The notes under the pieces: model-generated
Seen by the model: the letters and a program-made list of their open reading frames with translations, nothing else
Told to the model about the DNA's origin: nothing
The model's database searches: none
Program-made: the position numbers and the translations under genes
In this document: positions 28,451-40,281 of the stretch, piece after piece
Position numbering within the stretch: the stretch's first letter is position 1
Layout: each line of letters starts with the position of its first letter
Assembly: GCF_006345805.1 (NCBI RefSeq)
Contig: NC_043000.1
Coordinates: 156,364,001-156,428,000, forward strand
Reading direction: 5' to 3'
DNA: 64,000 nt
Source of the DNA: Octopus sinensis
Lineage: Eukaryota

Positions 28451-29008
28451 CCCTTCCTTCTCAATGTGATTTCATCATTACATCTATTATCATTATTGTT
28501 GTTGTTATTAGTATTATTTTGTAAAATAGGCAACGGAAAACAAACAAACAAAAACAATCAAGTAATAAAATGAACATAAGTATATAAATATAAATAAAAT
28601 AATCTTAGAATTTGTTCTTTAGTTCTTTTTCTTCGTAATATTTAATTATTGTAACAACAACTCAAAAAATATATCAAAATAGATAACACAGAAGTGAAAT
28701 AAAATGAAAACAAATACCAACTCCACCCACGCCAACTTATTCAACTGGTTAAAATCATTAAGTAATACAGTCCTGAGATGTGGATATAATGCCATTACAA
28801 ATGGCTAAAGAGTGGTAGGAAAGGGAGGTAAATAATTGTTAATGTTAAAAAAACGAGGCAACGAATTCATACAAACTTATATATATATGCATATATGCAT
28901 ATATAGATATATAAATATAAATGCATATATACATATATAAATATATATGCATATATACATATATAATATATATTCATATATACATATATTAATATATATT
29001 AATATATA

Positions 29009-29054
<46 letters not shown>

Positions 29055-29225
29055 AAACAAACAATATTAAATGAAAAATTAAAAAAAATAGTAAGAAATT
29101 ATGCTGCGAACATATAGCATATAATAATATAAAGATACATGTATTTGTGTGTACAAAATATGAGAATATGTATATAAATAAGATATGTATAAATACTCAT
29201 ACATTCATACACACACGTTTATAAG

Positions 29226-29268
<43 letters not shown>

Positions 29269-29689
29269 TATATTTTTTATGCTTGTGTGTGAGTGTGTGT
29301 GTGTATGCTTACATGTGTGTGTATGTGCTTGCGATGTGGTTATGTGCACTGTTATATTAATATATACATCTATTCTTATTCATATCTACTGAGGCTCTTT
29401 GAATACAATATAATTAGGGTATGTAGATATATTGTTAAATATATTGTATATTTATATATATTTCTTTTAGAACGATGTATACGAAACGTACCCCGTCGCT
29501 TCCATTCTCTCTCTCTCTCTCTCTCTCTCTCCAACTCGTTCTCTCAAACATACCTCTTTAACTGAAGCAGGCACTCATATAGAAATAAACTCAAATACTT
29601 GTTCCCAAACACACATATACATACTCATATAAATATACTGAATCATTTTCATTTCGCTTGCTACGACCTCACACACTCTTGCTATTTAC

Positions 29690-29739
<50 letters not shown>

Positions 29740-29950
29740 GTTATATATATTTATTCATGCGTACTCCCAAACTGTACACAATTTCTCAAACCTCTGCAAA
29801 CATACACACCCAAATACTCAGTGGCGTTTGTATACTTCTATCACCATCATCATCATCATCCATAAATCAACCCTCTAGTGAATCCTTCACTCTCGTCCTC
29901 GGATCATTTAGGCATAAATGTGCGAACCACATTCTCATGCACATACATTC

Positions 29951-29986
<36 letters not shown>

Positions 29987-30184
29987 ATACTTATATATAT
30001 TGGCTTTCGAACACGCCCAGACATACATAATCCTCACACATATGCACATGTTAATATGCATGTATATAGATTACTTTCACTTTTGTTGGTTTCCTTTCAA
30101 GATACATGCATTAACTTTGATAAGTGACAATATGTGCAGAGCTGTTCAATTCATTCCTCTCTCACTAAATGTGAAAAACCTTGG

Positions 30185-30865
30185 CTACGTGACAGCCACA
30201 TTGTTTCCAACTGATTTTGTTGCACAAAGTTGCTTATGAGTATTTTGCTCGTAACCCTGTTGGGTGTCAGTTGTTGTAGTGCTGCTGCTTTCTGCTGTCG
30301 GTGTTGGAATAATAGTAGTTATAGTAGCTGTAGTAGTTATATTAATTGCAGTAGTAGTCACATTAAGAGTGTCCTTGCCCTCGGAGCACGCGAAACACAG
30401 CGTTCCTACTTGATCACTGACCGGCGATCTGTCTCGGGAAGATGACGGCTGCGGCTGTAAGAGGCAGCTTTTTGCCGGCCTAGGTTCACCTACGAACAAA
30501 TCTTTGATAGGTTTGTTCCTGTCATATGTAATCCTCTCCGACATTGTCCGATGCGGCACTTCGTTATAAGACAAACAGCGATAAGTGACACGTTTTTTTA
30601 TGCGCTGTCCTAAGTCCGACAGATTTCGTTGCATTGGGCGGCTAGGGTTACGGATGCCGGTCGGCGTGTTAGGTTCGCTGGTGTATTGCTTGTCCACAAG
30701 GATTGGCCGTGGCTTTAGGGAAGACAGAGGTTGTGGCTTTTTTCGGCTGTCGCTCTGTACTATTTCCTGTTCACTTCGGACACCCAGAACATGCTGCAAG
30801 ACTAACTGGCGATCTTCTTTGTACAAATCTATCAGAAGGTCCAGTTTTGACTCAATATCTTCCAC
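30185..30865 (-). CDS. KCNQ: KCNQ (Kv7) channel terminal coding exon: helix D coiled coil plus distal C-terminus
   Basis: Acceptor tttttctcag|GTG, phase 0. VEDIESKLDLLIDLYKEDR matches the Kv7 helix D assembly domain. 681 nt open to TAG at 30185-30187; in frame with exon 35618-35714. Confidence 0.9.
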   Translation of the reverse strand: MEDIESKLDLLIDLYKEDRQLVLQHVLGVRSEQEIVQSDSRKKPQPLSSLKPRPILVDKQYTSEPNTPTGIRNPSRPMQRNLSDLGQRIKKRVTYRCLSYNEVPHRTMSERITYDRNKPIKDLFVGEPRPAKSCLLQPQPSSSRDRSPVSDQVGTLCFACSEGKDTLNVTTTAINITTTATITTIIPTPTAESSSTTTTDTQQGYEQNTHKQLCATKSVGNNVAVT

Positions 30866-31117
30866 CTGAGAAAAACAAGAGGAATATTAAAATTAATAGT
30901 AATAGCGGCAATATAAATAACAACAACAGCAACGCTTCCTTTATTGACCACAAGGGTCGAATAACAACAACAAACACCACCACCTCCACCACCACCACCA
31001 CCACCACCACCACCACCACCTCCACCACCACCACCACCACACCACCACCACCACACCACCACCACCTCCACCACCACCACCACCACCACCACCACCACCA
31101 ATAACAACAACAATAAC

Positions 31118-31159
<42 letters not shown>

Positions 31160-31161
<2 letters not shown>

Positions 31162-33090
31162 GCACAATATGTCGTTGTGGAATACGAATCTCCAATTATA
31201 CCACTCTAATGGAGTACTTGCCTCAGAAAATATAAACATCAACTGTGGAATTTTTCAAGGTGACTCACTTTCACCTTTAATATTCTGCATAGCCCTAATA
31301 CCCCTTACAAGTGAATTGAACAGAACAGGGTATGGGTATAAAATTGCCAATAAAAAAATAAGCCATCTATTTTATATGGATGACTTAAAACTTTATGGTA
31401 AAGACAATAATGAACTTGAAGGCCTATTGCGCACCGTGAAAGCATCAGCGATGACATCGGGATGGAGTTTGGACTTGAGAAGTGTGCCAAGGCCACTTTC
31501 CAGAAAGGGAAAGTGAAGACCACAAATTCAGTCGTGTTAGATGTTGACACAGTCATAAGAGAGCTTGAGCAAGAACAAACATACAAATATTTAGGGATAA
31601 ATGAAGGCTCTGGTATTCAGCATGCAAGCATGAAAGAGAAGATCAGGAAGGAATGCTATAGGAGAGTTCGTGCAGTCCTGAAATCTGAACTAAATGCACA
31701 TAACAAGGTGTTAGCTATAAATTCCTTAGCAGTTCCAGTTGTTACTTATAGCTACAATGTGTTGAACTGGAATATGAGTGAAGTAAAGAATATAGATAGA
31801 AAAATACGCAAGCTGCTGAGTTGTAATAGGATGCACCACCCAAAGGCAGACGTAGATCGCCTTTACCTTCCCAGTGTCCAAGAAGGTCGAGGCCTGATCC
31901 AATTTGAACTTGCTTACAAAACAACCACAATTGGACTGGCCAAATATCTCGAAATATCGAATGACTGGATGCTAAAGCTCGTGGAAAATCACGAGAGACG
32001 AAAGAAGCTTCATTCTATCATCAAGGAAAGCAAAAAATTTGCTATTGATCTCGTGCAGGATACCCAAACTGAACAACCCGAGGGAAGTACGGCAACTATT
32101 GTTGCAAAGAAGGTGAAAATGATGGCAATGAAAAAAGCGCACGAGCAATTGGCTGATAGGTGGGAGGAGAAACCTCTGCACGGCAAATATGTGACCCGCA
32201 GCAAACAAGCTGATGTTGACCAGAAGCAAACCCATCAGTGGCTACGGAGCTCAGGGCTAAAAGCAGAGAGTGAAGTTTTCATCATGGCTGCTCAAGATCA
32301 AAGCCTATTAACCCGGAACTACCAGGCCAATGTGATGAAAAATGGAGCAGACCCAAAATGCCGATTCTGCAACGACATGATTGAAACAGTGGACCACCTA
32401 ATCTCTGGATGTAAAGTCTTAGCACCAGTGGAGTATAAATTAAGACATGACAGAGTTGGCCAATATCTCCACTGGCTAATAAGTCGGCATTACAATATCA
32501 AAACTGCCGACAAGTGGTATAATCACCACCCTGAGGCTGTAACTGAAGGTGAAAATGTAACCATTCTGTGGGACTTTCCAGTACATACAGACCGAACCAT
32601 CAATGCCAATAAACCAGATATTGTTGTGAAAGACCAAAACAATAAAGTTTGCTTATTGATCGACATGAGCATCCCCTGTGATCATAATATCTCAGCGAAA
32701 GAGTTTGACAAGCTCAGAAAGTATAAAGACCTACTCATTGAAATTGAGAAAATATGGCATCTCAAGGCGGTTACAATACCAGTGATCGTAGGAGCACTAG
32801 GAATGATCAAGAAGGGAACCGAAAATTATATGAGAATGATCCTGGCTTACCATCCCTGCAAGAAGTGCAAAAGATTGTCTTAACTGGTACATCACACGTA
32901 TTGAGAAGAGCATTGTCGATGTGAGAACTGTTGCTGCTCTCATGTATTTTAATTTAACTTAAAAAAAAAAAATGAACGAACTACTGAGTTTGGTTTAATG
33001 GCCTACCAATGTATACTATGAGTTTCTTTGCCCTAGGAGTCGGGAAGACACTCGGCAAGAAATGGAAGCAAATTTGAAAGAAGAAAAAAA
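31160..33090 (+). mobile_element. 5'-truncated R4/Dong-clade non-LTR retrotransposon (RT plus CCHC plus restriction-like endonuclease)
   Basis: GIFQGDSLSPL and LFYMDDLKLY RT motifs; CRFC..ETVDHLISGC; RHD; KPDIVV..LIDMSIP RLE motif. Two 1-nt frameshifts (~31445, ~32842); corrected stop at 32922-32924. (TAA)n on both flanks. Confidence 0.92.
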
Positions 33091-33143
<53 letters not shown>

Positions 33144-33144
33144 G

Positions 33145-33230
33145 AATGTATACTATGAGTTTCTTTGCCCTAGGAGTCGGGAAGACACTCGGCAAGAAAT
33201 GGAAGCAAATTTGAAAGAAGAAAAAAAAAA
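33145..33230 (+). mobile_element. Second, identical 83-nt 3' terminus of the same R4/Dong-like element
   Basis: 33145-33227 is identical to 33008-33090; the copies are separated by (TAA)n. Confidence 0.88.
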
Positions 33231-33679
33231 TAATAATGATGCTTGAAATAAATGAACAATATAAACACTGAGAAGATGTCAAAAAAACAAAAAGATAAAA
33301 AACCAAAAAAACCCCAAAGCGCACGGCTCAACAGAATAAGTACACTTTAGGGACAATCGGGAAATCCCACAGCTTCCGGATAATTTTACTGTGAATAGCA
33401 AGTGCCCTTTCTCAGCTGTGTTATCCGGCTTATAGGACAAACGCTAAGATAGTGCATTCGGGTCATACACGCCCTTTCACTTCTATTCGGCAACGAACCA
33501 ACGAAGAAACTTTACGCGGTCTCTGACTTGCTAGAAGTACCAACATTTCTATATCATCTGAATGAAGTAAAGCTGGTGCCTCTTTATATTAGACCAGGCC
33601 AATGTGATTAGTGTAGGCGTCATCAATAGAATTTGAATTTTTAACCACTGTATTTATCCACCATTTGCAACAAAATGGG

Positions 33680-34050
33680 AATAAGTCAACAAGTCGAAAG
33701 TAGCTCATTCTTTTATTTAACATTGGAGTAGAATGACAGATGATATGGAGCTTCTCCGTGAGACAGAAATTACATGAATTTGACAGATTCTTAAATTGCT
33801 ACTAATTATCCAACACGACGGCGAAAAAGCTAACGGCTTCTTCATTGACACCCATTGTTTCCAATTGCACTTTGTGAGTACTGTATTCTTTTCCAGATGT
33901 TGACGAATCGAGCTGGTGATTCTTGTAAGAGTATTCGGAGTCGTGTCTGTGTAGCTTGGTGATGTGTTGCATTTCTTGGCATTTGTCTTTTGTGGAGATA
34001 GCAGTATTTTAGGCAATTTTTAGGACGAATCTCTAGTGCACATATACGCA
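33680..34050 (-). mobile_element. Penelope-like element remnant: decayed GIY-YIG endonuclease region
   Basis: Minus strand, across frameshifts: YTDTTPNT...TSSIRQHLEKNTVLTKCNW and KNLSNSCNFCLTEKLHIICHSTPMLNKR-NELLSTC, resembling the PLE C-terminal CxLCLxEK...LNKRxEL..CRH motif. Confidence 0.65.
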
Positions 34051-34214
34051 CAATCTAATGATTATCCAAACGTAATCAAGCATGCCTCAATAGCCCTCAG
34101 TAAGTGTGTAAATGCATTATTCTTTGATAAAGCCATTTTCATCTAGTTTGCAGACGACCAAGATGGAGCTTTAAAATGTAGTCAATAGAAAAGCGAATGA
34201 AGTACTAACAGACA

Positions 34215-34430
34215 CTAGAGAAAGAAATGTTAGAACTCAACATACAACATTGGGGTAGAAAGTAATATTGCAAAACGTTTCCTCTCTCATATCCAGAAGC
34301 AAGTCTCAAAAGGCCATAATTACATCATCTACTCAATAAAAACAACATTAAAGTAAATTGTAGCTGCTCAGAAACATAGCTAATGCTATCAAGAGCTACA
34401 ATGCAAAAATGCTAAGAAGCTACATAAAGC
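34215..34430 (+). mobile_element. Penelope-like element remnant: RT-thumb/linker region
   Basis: SNIAKRFLSHIQKQVSKGH / LHHLLNKNNIKVNCSC / IANAIKSYNAKML resemble the PLE motifs TNIGKxFLxLIDKHF, LHKIFNRNTxKVSYSC and IxSHNxKIL. Confidence 0.65.
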
Positions 34431-34889
34431 CTGCACCATTACAGCTATTTGATTCGTCATCACTACATGAAAAACAATACAACCCTTTTACGGTACATTT
34501 AGAAATTAAAAAAACTAAAAAGAGACCCCGGCACGTCATAGGAAGTACCGGATAAATGAAAGTCACGTGTCTTTAGCTTCACAGAGAAGTTCCACATCAC
34601 CGGCCACCTTAAAAAGAGTTAACTAATTTTGATTTGTCAAATGACTGAAACAAAGTAAAAGATAAGTTATATCCAAATTCTGTAAGAATTTCAAAGAAGA
34701 CCTCTCTGATGCGTAACAGATGGGAATCGATGATCTATACTTTTCAAAGTTATCTGATACTTTCAAACCTCTGAGGTGATCAACTAAAAAATAAGCATGA
34801 TTAACCAACAGAACGAAATCACACTCCTGGGTGTTAATCTTAACTAAATCAATACGCACGCACACACTATGTATGTATGTATTTTTCTT

Positions 34890-35020
<131 letters not shown>

Positions 35021-35189
35021 GTCAGTCTGCTTGCCTGCCTGCCTGTCTGCTTGCCTGATCCGTCTGCCTGTCTGTTTCTTCAGTTTCATTCTTCATTGCA
35101 GCTAACAGTGAAACTACGGAAATCTGAATGGTGACCGTGATGCTTCAGAGTTTAATAAATATATAAACTCTAGTATATATATATATATA

Positions 35190-35454
35190 TCACGTGATCA
35201 CGTGACCGACCAGTCCATCAGATGTAGTTACACATCGCTGGTCATTGTTTTAGCCTTCGAGCAGGCCAACAGAAGAAAGAGTGGGAGAAAGAGTGGTGAA
35301 AGAGTACAGCAGGGATCACCACCCCCTGCCGGAGCCTCGTGGAGCTTTTAGGTGTTTTCGCTAAATAAACACTGACAACGCCCGGTCTGGGAATCGAAAC
35401 CGCGATCCTACGACTGCGAGTCCGCTGCCCTAACAACTGGGCCATTGCGCCTCC

Positions 35455-35455
<1 letters not shown>
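35190..35455 (-). mobile_element. tRNA-derived SINE family A, internally deleted copy
   Basis: Head tggaggcgcaatggcccagttgttagggcagcggactcg...ggtttcgattccc (A and B boxes); near-identical to 42040-42337 apart from deletions. Confidence 0.88.
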
Positions 35456-35487
<32 letters not shown>

Positions 35488-35617
35488 TACATACATACAT
35501 ATATATATATGGAAAGTTTTTAAAACACTCACGAGCTCTCATACACGTATACACACGCATATACGCACACTTACACACATATTCATGAATTATAAAGAGG
35601 TATAGAAAAATACTCAC

Positions 35618-35714
35618 CTGCCTTTCTACCTTCACAACACGTGATGCTAAACTTACTTTTGATTCATAAACATCTTTATTCTTACTACCCGATTTTCCTA
35701 GGATTTGATCTAGT
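35618..35714 (-). CDS. KCNQ: KCNQ exon: helix C end and C-D linker
   Basis: ttttag|A CTA GAT...AGG CAG|gtgagt, 97 nt, encoding (R)LDQILGKSGSKNKDVYESKVSLASRVVKVERQ. Phase 2 in and phase 0 out, matching both neighbours. Confidence 0.93.
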
Positions 35715-35938
35715 CTAAAATATAACAAAAATAAAGTCAATCAGTAAACAGAAGACATATAGTTCAGTATTAATTACATAAAAATGATCATGAGTATACA
35801 GCGATAGCGAATGCAATGTTGCTGATTGAATTCAAAACATCAACTTTTCAAATATCATTTCGACTTCCTGCGGAAATAAGAACAGAACTTACCGAAAACC
35901 AAGTAAAGCAATATGTATATACATATATACAAACATAC

Positions 35939-36007
<69 letters not shown>

Positions 36008-36031
36008 TAATATATATATATATATATATAT

Positions 36032-36133
<102 letters not shown>

Positions 36134-36154
36134 AAATCGAATAATCATTATTTA

Positions 36155-36552
36155 TACTCTAGGCACGAGGCCTTGAAAATTTATTTGGGAAAGGGGGCTA
36201 GGCGATTCCATCGACCCCGGTGCGTAACTGTTACTTATTTCATCGACCTTGAAAAGATGAAAGGCAAAATCAACCCCGGCGGAATTTGAACTCAGAACGC
36301 AGCGGCCGACGGAATACCTATTTCTTTACTACCCACAAGGAGCTAAACACAGAGAGGGCAAACAAGGACAGACAAACGGATTAAATCGATTATATCGACC
36401 CCAGTGCGTAATTGGTACTTATTTTATCGACCCTGAAAGGATGAAAGGCAAAGTCGACCTCGGCGGAATTTGAACTCATAACGCAGCGGCAGACGAAATA
36501 CCACTAAGTATTTCGCGCGGCGTGCTAACGCTTCTGCCAGCTCGGTTCCCTT
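36155..36552 (-). mobile_element. Two tandem SINE family C units with different 3' tails
   Basis: The core gaaaggatgaaaggcaaagtcgacctcggcggaatttgaactca occurs twice (36155-36320 and 36321-36552), with a single tRNA-like head at ~36480-36552. Confidence 0.85.
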
Positions 36553-36630
36553 AATAATCGAACAATAATAAAACAAGAGAGGACGGGCACGTGGAATGTA
36601 TTTGTTTGACGCTCGGTAAAAAGAGAGAGT

Positions 36631-36670
36631 TTTTGATGTTCCGAGCATAGCCCTTCGCCGGAGAAGAAAA
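36631..36670 (-). ncRNA. Degenerate minimal hammerhead-like relic
   Basis: Minus strand ccggcga-a-gggc-tat-gctc-ggaa-catc-aaaa versus the Penelope-type pattern ctgaNga-a-stem-gaaa-cgtc; 4 core changes. Confidence 0.35.
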
Positions 36671-36996
36671 TGGAAAAGACCAGAGAAGGAGAAATATCAC
36701 CAACAGCAGGCGTGTAGTTACATTGTTATGTCTATGCCGAGTGGAAAGAGAGGTGGGGGCATGCAGTTCACATTAGAAATTTTTCTTTACTTGACGAACA
36801 CAAATGAATTACAAATACGACGCAGACATGGTCGAATGACTAAGAAGTACTCTTTACAACCACTCGGTTTCAATTTCGGTTCCAATTATGCAGAACCTTG
36901 AACAGGTGTTTTCTGCCATAGTCTCAAGTCGATCTAAGCTTTGTGAGTGAAACTGGGTGGACAACAGTCGGTTGGATTTTACCTGTAAAATTGTCG

Positions 36997-37670
36997 GCTG
37001 GCCTTGAGATAAAATTTGAGACCTTTATATTTATAGACGGAAACGATTTTCTTTTCGCTTTTGTTTTACTTCAAAATCTCTTCGAGGCCACCCAATCTGC
37101 TAGAAATAGTAGCCAAGTTGTCATTGGTATTGTTCTTACTGTTATCGCCGTCTTTACCGACGTTGTTTTCATATATATATATATATATGTATGTATGTGT
37201 ATATATATATATATATATACACACATATTGTAAAATTGCCGGCTTTGTCACAGATATTTTCCCGTTGATTCTGCTTACACCCTACCATTTGGACTTCATA
37301 ATTTAATGACTAAGTATATCTCCAGGAATACCCCCGAATGACCGAAAAATGGGTATTCATCATTGAAACAAATGTAGGATCTATTTACTTAAATCATACA
37401 ATACGCAAAACTACAGGAAGGAAGAACGGTTAAAGAACAGTAACGATGACAACAATAACATCAATGGAAGTGACAACGACGATAGCAATTGCGGCGAAAA
37501 CAACCTTCGGTAAAGACGACGATAATAGTAAGAACAATACCAATGACAACTTGGCTACTATTTCTAGCAGATTGGGTGGCCTCGAAGAGATTTTGAAGTA
37601 AAACAAAAACAAAAAGAAAAACGTTTCCGTCTATAAATATAAAGGTCTCAAATTTTATCTCAAGGCCAGC
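36997..37670. repeat. Long inverted repeat: 174/175-nt arms with a 325-nt spacer
   Basis: 36997-37170 matches the reverse complement of 37496-37670 at about 95-96%. Confidence 0.92.
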
Positions 37671-38164
37671 AATTTCAGGGCAGTGTAAGTGGATTATATG
37701 GAACCCACTTTTCAACTGGTGTTTATTTAATCCGCTCTGAATGGATGAAAGGTAAAGTCGACCTCAGCGGAATTCTATCTATAAATGTAATAATAATTGT
37801 TTCTACCATAGATAAAAAGACAGTAATTTTGGCAGGAGAGGATTATTCGATCCTATCGACCCTAGCACTTGTTTTATCAACTCCAAAAGGAAGATTAGCA
37901 AAGTTGATTTCCGTAGGGTTTAAGATGAGAACGTAGAGCTCTTCTTTTTTTTAACCAACGTCGAAACGATCCTACTGATCCAACTATTCATAAATATAAT
38001 AATCTTTTCAACTATAGGCACAAGGCCTGAAATTTTGAAGGAAGGAGGATGTTTGAGGTCCTTGTGACTTGACAGACAATACAACTCCCCGGAGATACAA
38101 TATCTTCAATCCACAACATCACGATACTGGATACTGTGCGACATCTTCAATGATAATAATAATA

Positions 38165-38215
<51 letters not shown>

Positions 38216-38229
38216 TAATAATAATAATA

Positions 38230-38385
38230 ATCCTTTCTACTAAAGGTACAAGGCCTGAAACTTTGGGAGAGGGGTCTAGTCGAGTACATCGACACCAGTG
38301 TTTCTCTGGTACTTAACTTATAGACCCAGAAAGAATGAAAGGCAAAGTCAGCCTCGGCGGAATTTGAATCCAGAAGTTGAAGGCT
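38230..38385 (-). mobile_element. SINE family C 3' part ending in a (TTA)n tail
   Basis: tcctttctactaaaggtacaaggcctgaaa tail and gaaagaatgaaaggcaaagtcagcctcggcggaatttgaa core. Confidence 0.75.
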
Positions 38386-39144
38386 TCGTTTATTTTCCCC
38401 ACTACCTCCATACATTTAATATCATAACATGTCAATAAGTAAGTCTCTATATGATCACTCAGCGTGCTAGAAATAACACCCAAATCACACTCTACCATCT
38501 TTAAAACGGAAGAGCACATTGAATTATGTAGTCCTAGATATACTACTCAAGTTATTTCAATTCCTTGTTATACTGCGCAGTTCCAGTAGCTTATCTCTTT
38601 GTCTATAAAACCAGGTTATTAGGTTTTTTTCTCAACATTTCTCTAATTCTGGAGTAACAGACCCCTGTGAATGGTCCTTCACATCCTTTCTCTCTGCACA
38701 AGGTAGTCTATGTTCAAAGAAAAAGAAAGAAAGAAAGAAAGAGAGATAGAGAGAGAGAGAGTGTGTGTGTGAGAACGAGAGAGGGAAAGAAATAGATAGA
38801 TAGATAGATTGAGAGAGAGAGAGTGAGATAGAGAAAAATAGAGAGAGAGAGAGAGAGAAAACCTTGTACATGACTGGTATTTGTATTTTATTTCTCGACC
38901 CTGAAAAGATGAAAGGCAATGTTGACTTGGACGAAATTTGAACTCAGCGCACAGAGAGCCTGAACAAATATCGTAAGCCATTTATCCCAACCTCAATGGC
39001 TGCAAATCGCCACCTTCAAATTCGCTAGGCCTGGTGAAAAAGAGAGAAAAGAAATCAAATCAGGAATGCATGTGCAACTACTCAATTAGGGTGGACTGAC
39101 AGCTAAGCAATAGTAACATCATCAAGAAGACTTCAGCTACTCAC

Positions 39145-39346
39145 CTTAACTGTAGATTTTTAATCCTGCTCAACATATCTACATGACCAGCAGAATACTG
39201 CTCAATGACATCTTTCACATCATAAGGTCGTAGTGCTTCGCGAAATTTACGTCTGGCTACAAAATACTTGATTTTTCGAATAGCTCTTATAGCAGCTTTA
39301 TGTGTTTCTGTCAGCTGGGTGACCCGTGGGGACAAATCTGGTTCTT
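39145..39346 (-). CDS. KCNQ: KCNQ exon: calmodulin-binding helix B and helix C
   Basis: tttctag|AA GAA...TTA AG|gtgagt, 202 nt, encoding [66 protein letters not shown]. [20 protein letters not shown] is a Kv7 signature. Confidence 0.96.
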
Positions 39347-39482
39347 CTAGAAATAAGCGTATTAACATTTTAGAACGGAAGCACATGAAAATAGAAACTT
39401 TATAACGCGTTGCAACCATCACTGAACACACACGTCCTATCGCACAATTGTAGATATCAAAACTACGTATATAACTCTCCCC

Positions 39483-39527
<45 letters not shown>

Positions 39528-40041
39528 ATGTATAAGCATTACAAGCATGCATACACAGTGTGAGCAAGAAGAGAGAGTGTTCAATAGAGAGAGTGTAGTT
39601 ATAAAATATATTTACAGAAAGCTGAAAACTTCACTATCGTCCAAATATCGAAACAAGAAATTCGGAGAAACGGGCTCAGAAGTTTTCAGCAATATGTTAT
39701 ATAATATATGATATAATATAATATAATATAATAAAATATGATATAATATAATATAATATAATATAATATAATATAATATAATAAAATAAAATATGATATA
39801 CTGTATATACGTATTAGCATATATTTGTTTATATATGTGTGCGTGTGTGTGCATAGACATACATCATCTTAATTTGTTAGGAAGATTCACAAATCTAATA
39901 TCAAAAAACTTCATGCAGTGGCATACAGAAAGGCACCTTTGTTTTTTTACCTGCGGATAAAGGAAAATTCGATAGTGAATTAATATTTGTTATTCTTTAG
40001 AACGTGATAAATACAAATACACCCCTACACATATATGTATG

Positions 40042-40077
<36 letters not shown>

Positions 40078-40231
40078 TGTATGTATGTATGTATGTATGT
40101 ATGTACGTATGTATGTATGTATGTATGTATATATATATGTATGTATATATATATATATGTATATATGTATGTATATACGTATATATGTATATATATATGT
40201 ATGTATATATGTATATATGTATGTATGTATG

Positions 40232-40281
<50 letters not shown>

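Noticed and set aside
30230-30869. Plus-strand ORFs overlapping the KCNQ last exon
   Set aside because: Antisense shadows of the real coding exon.
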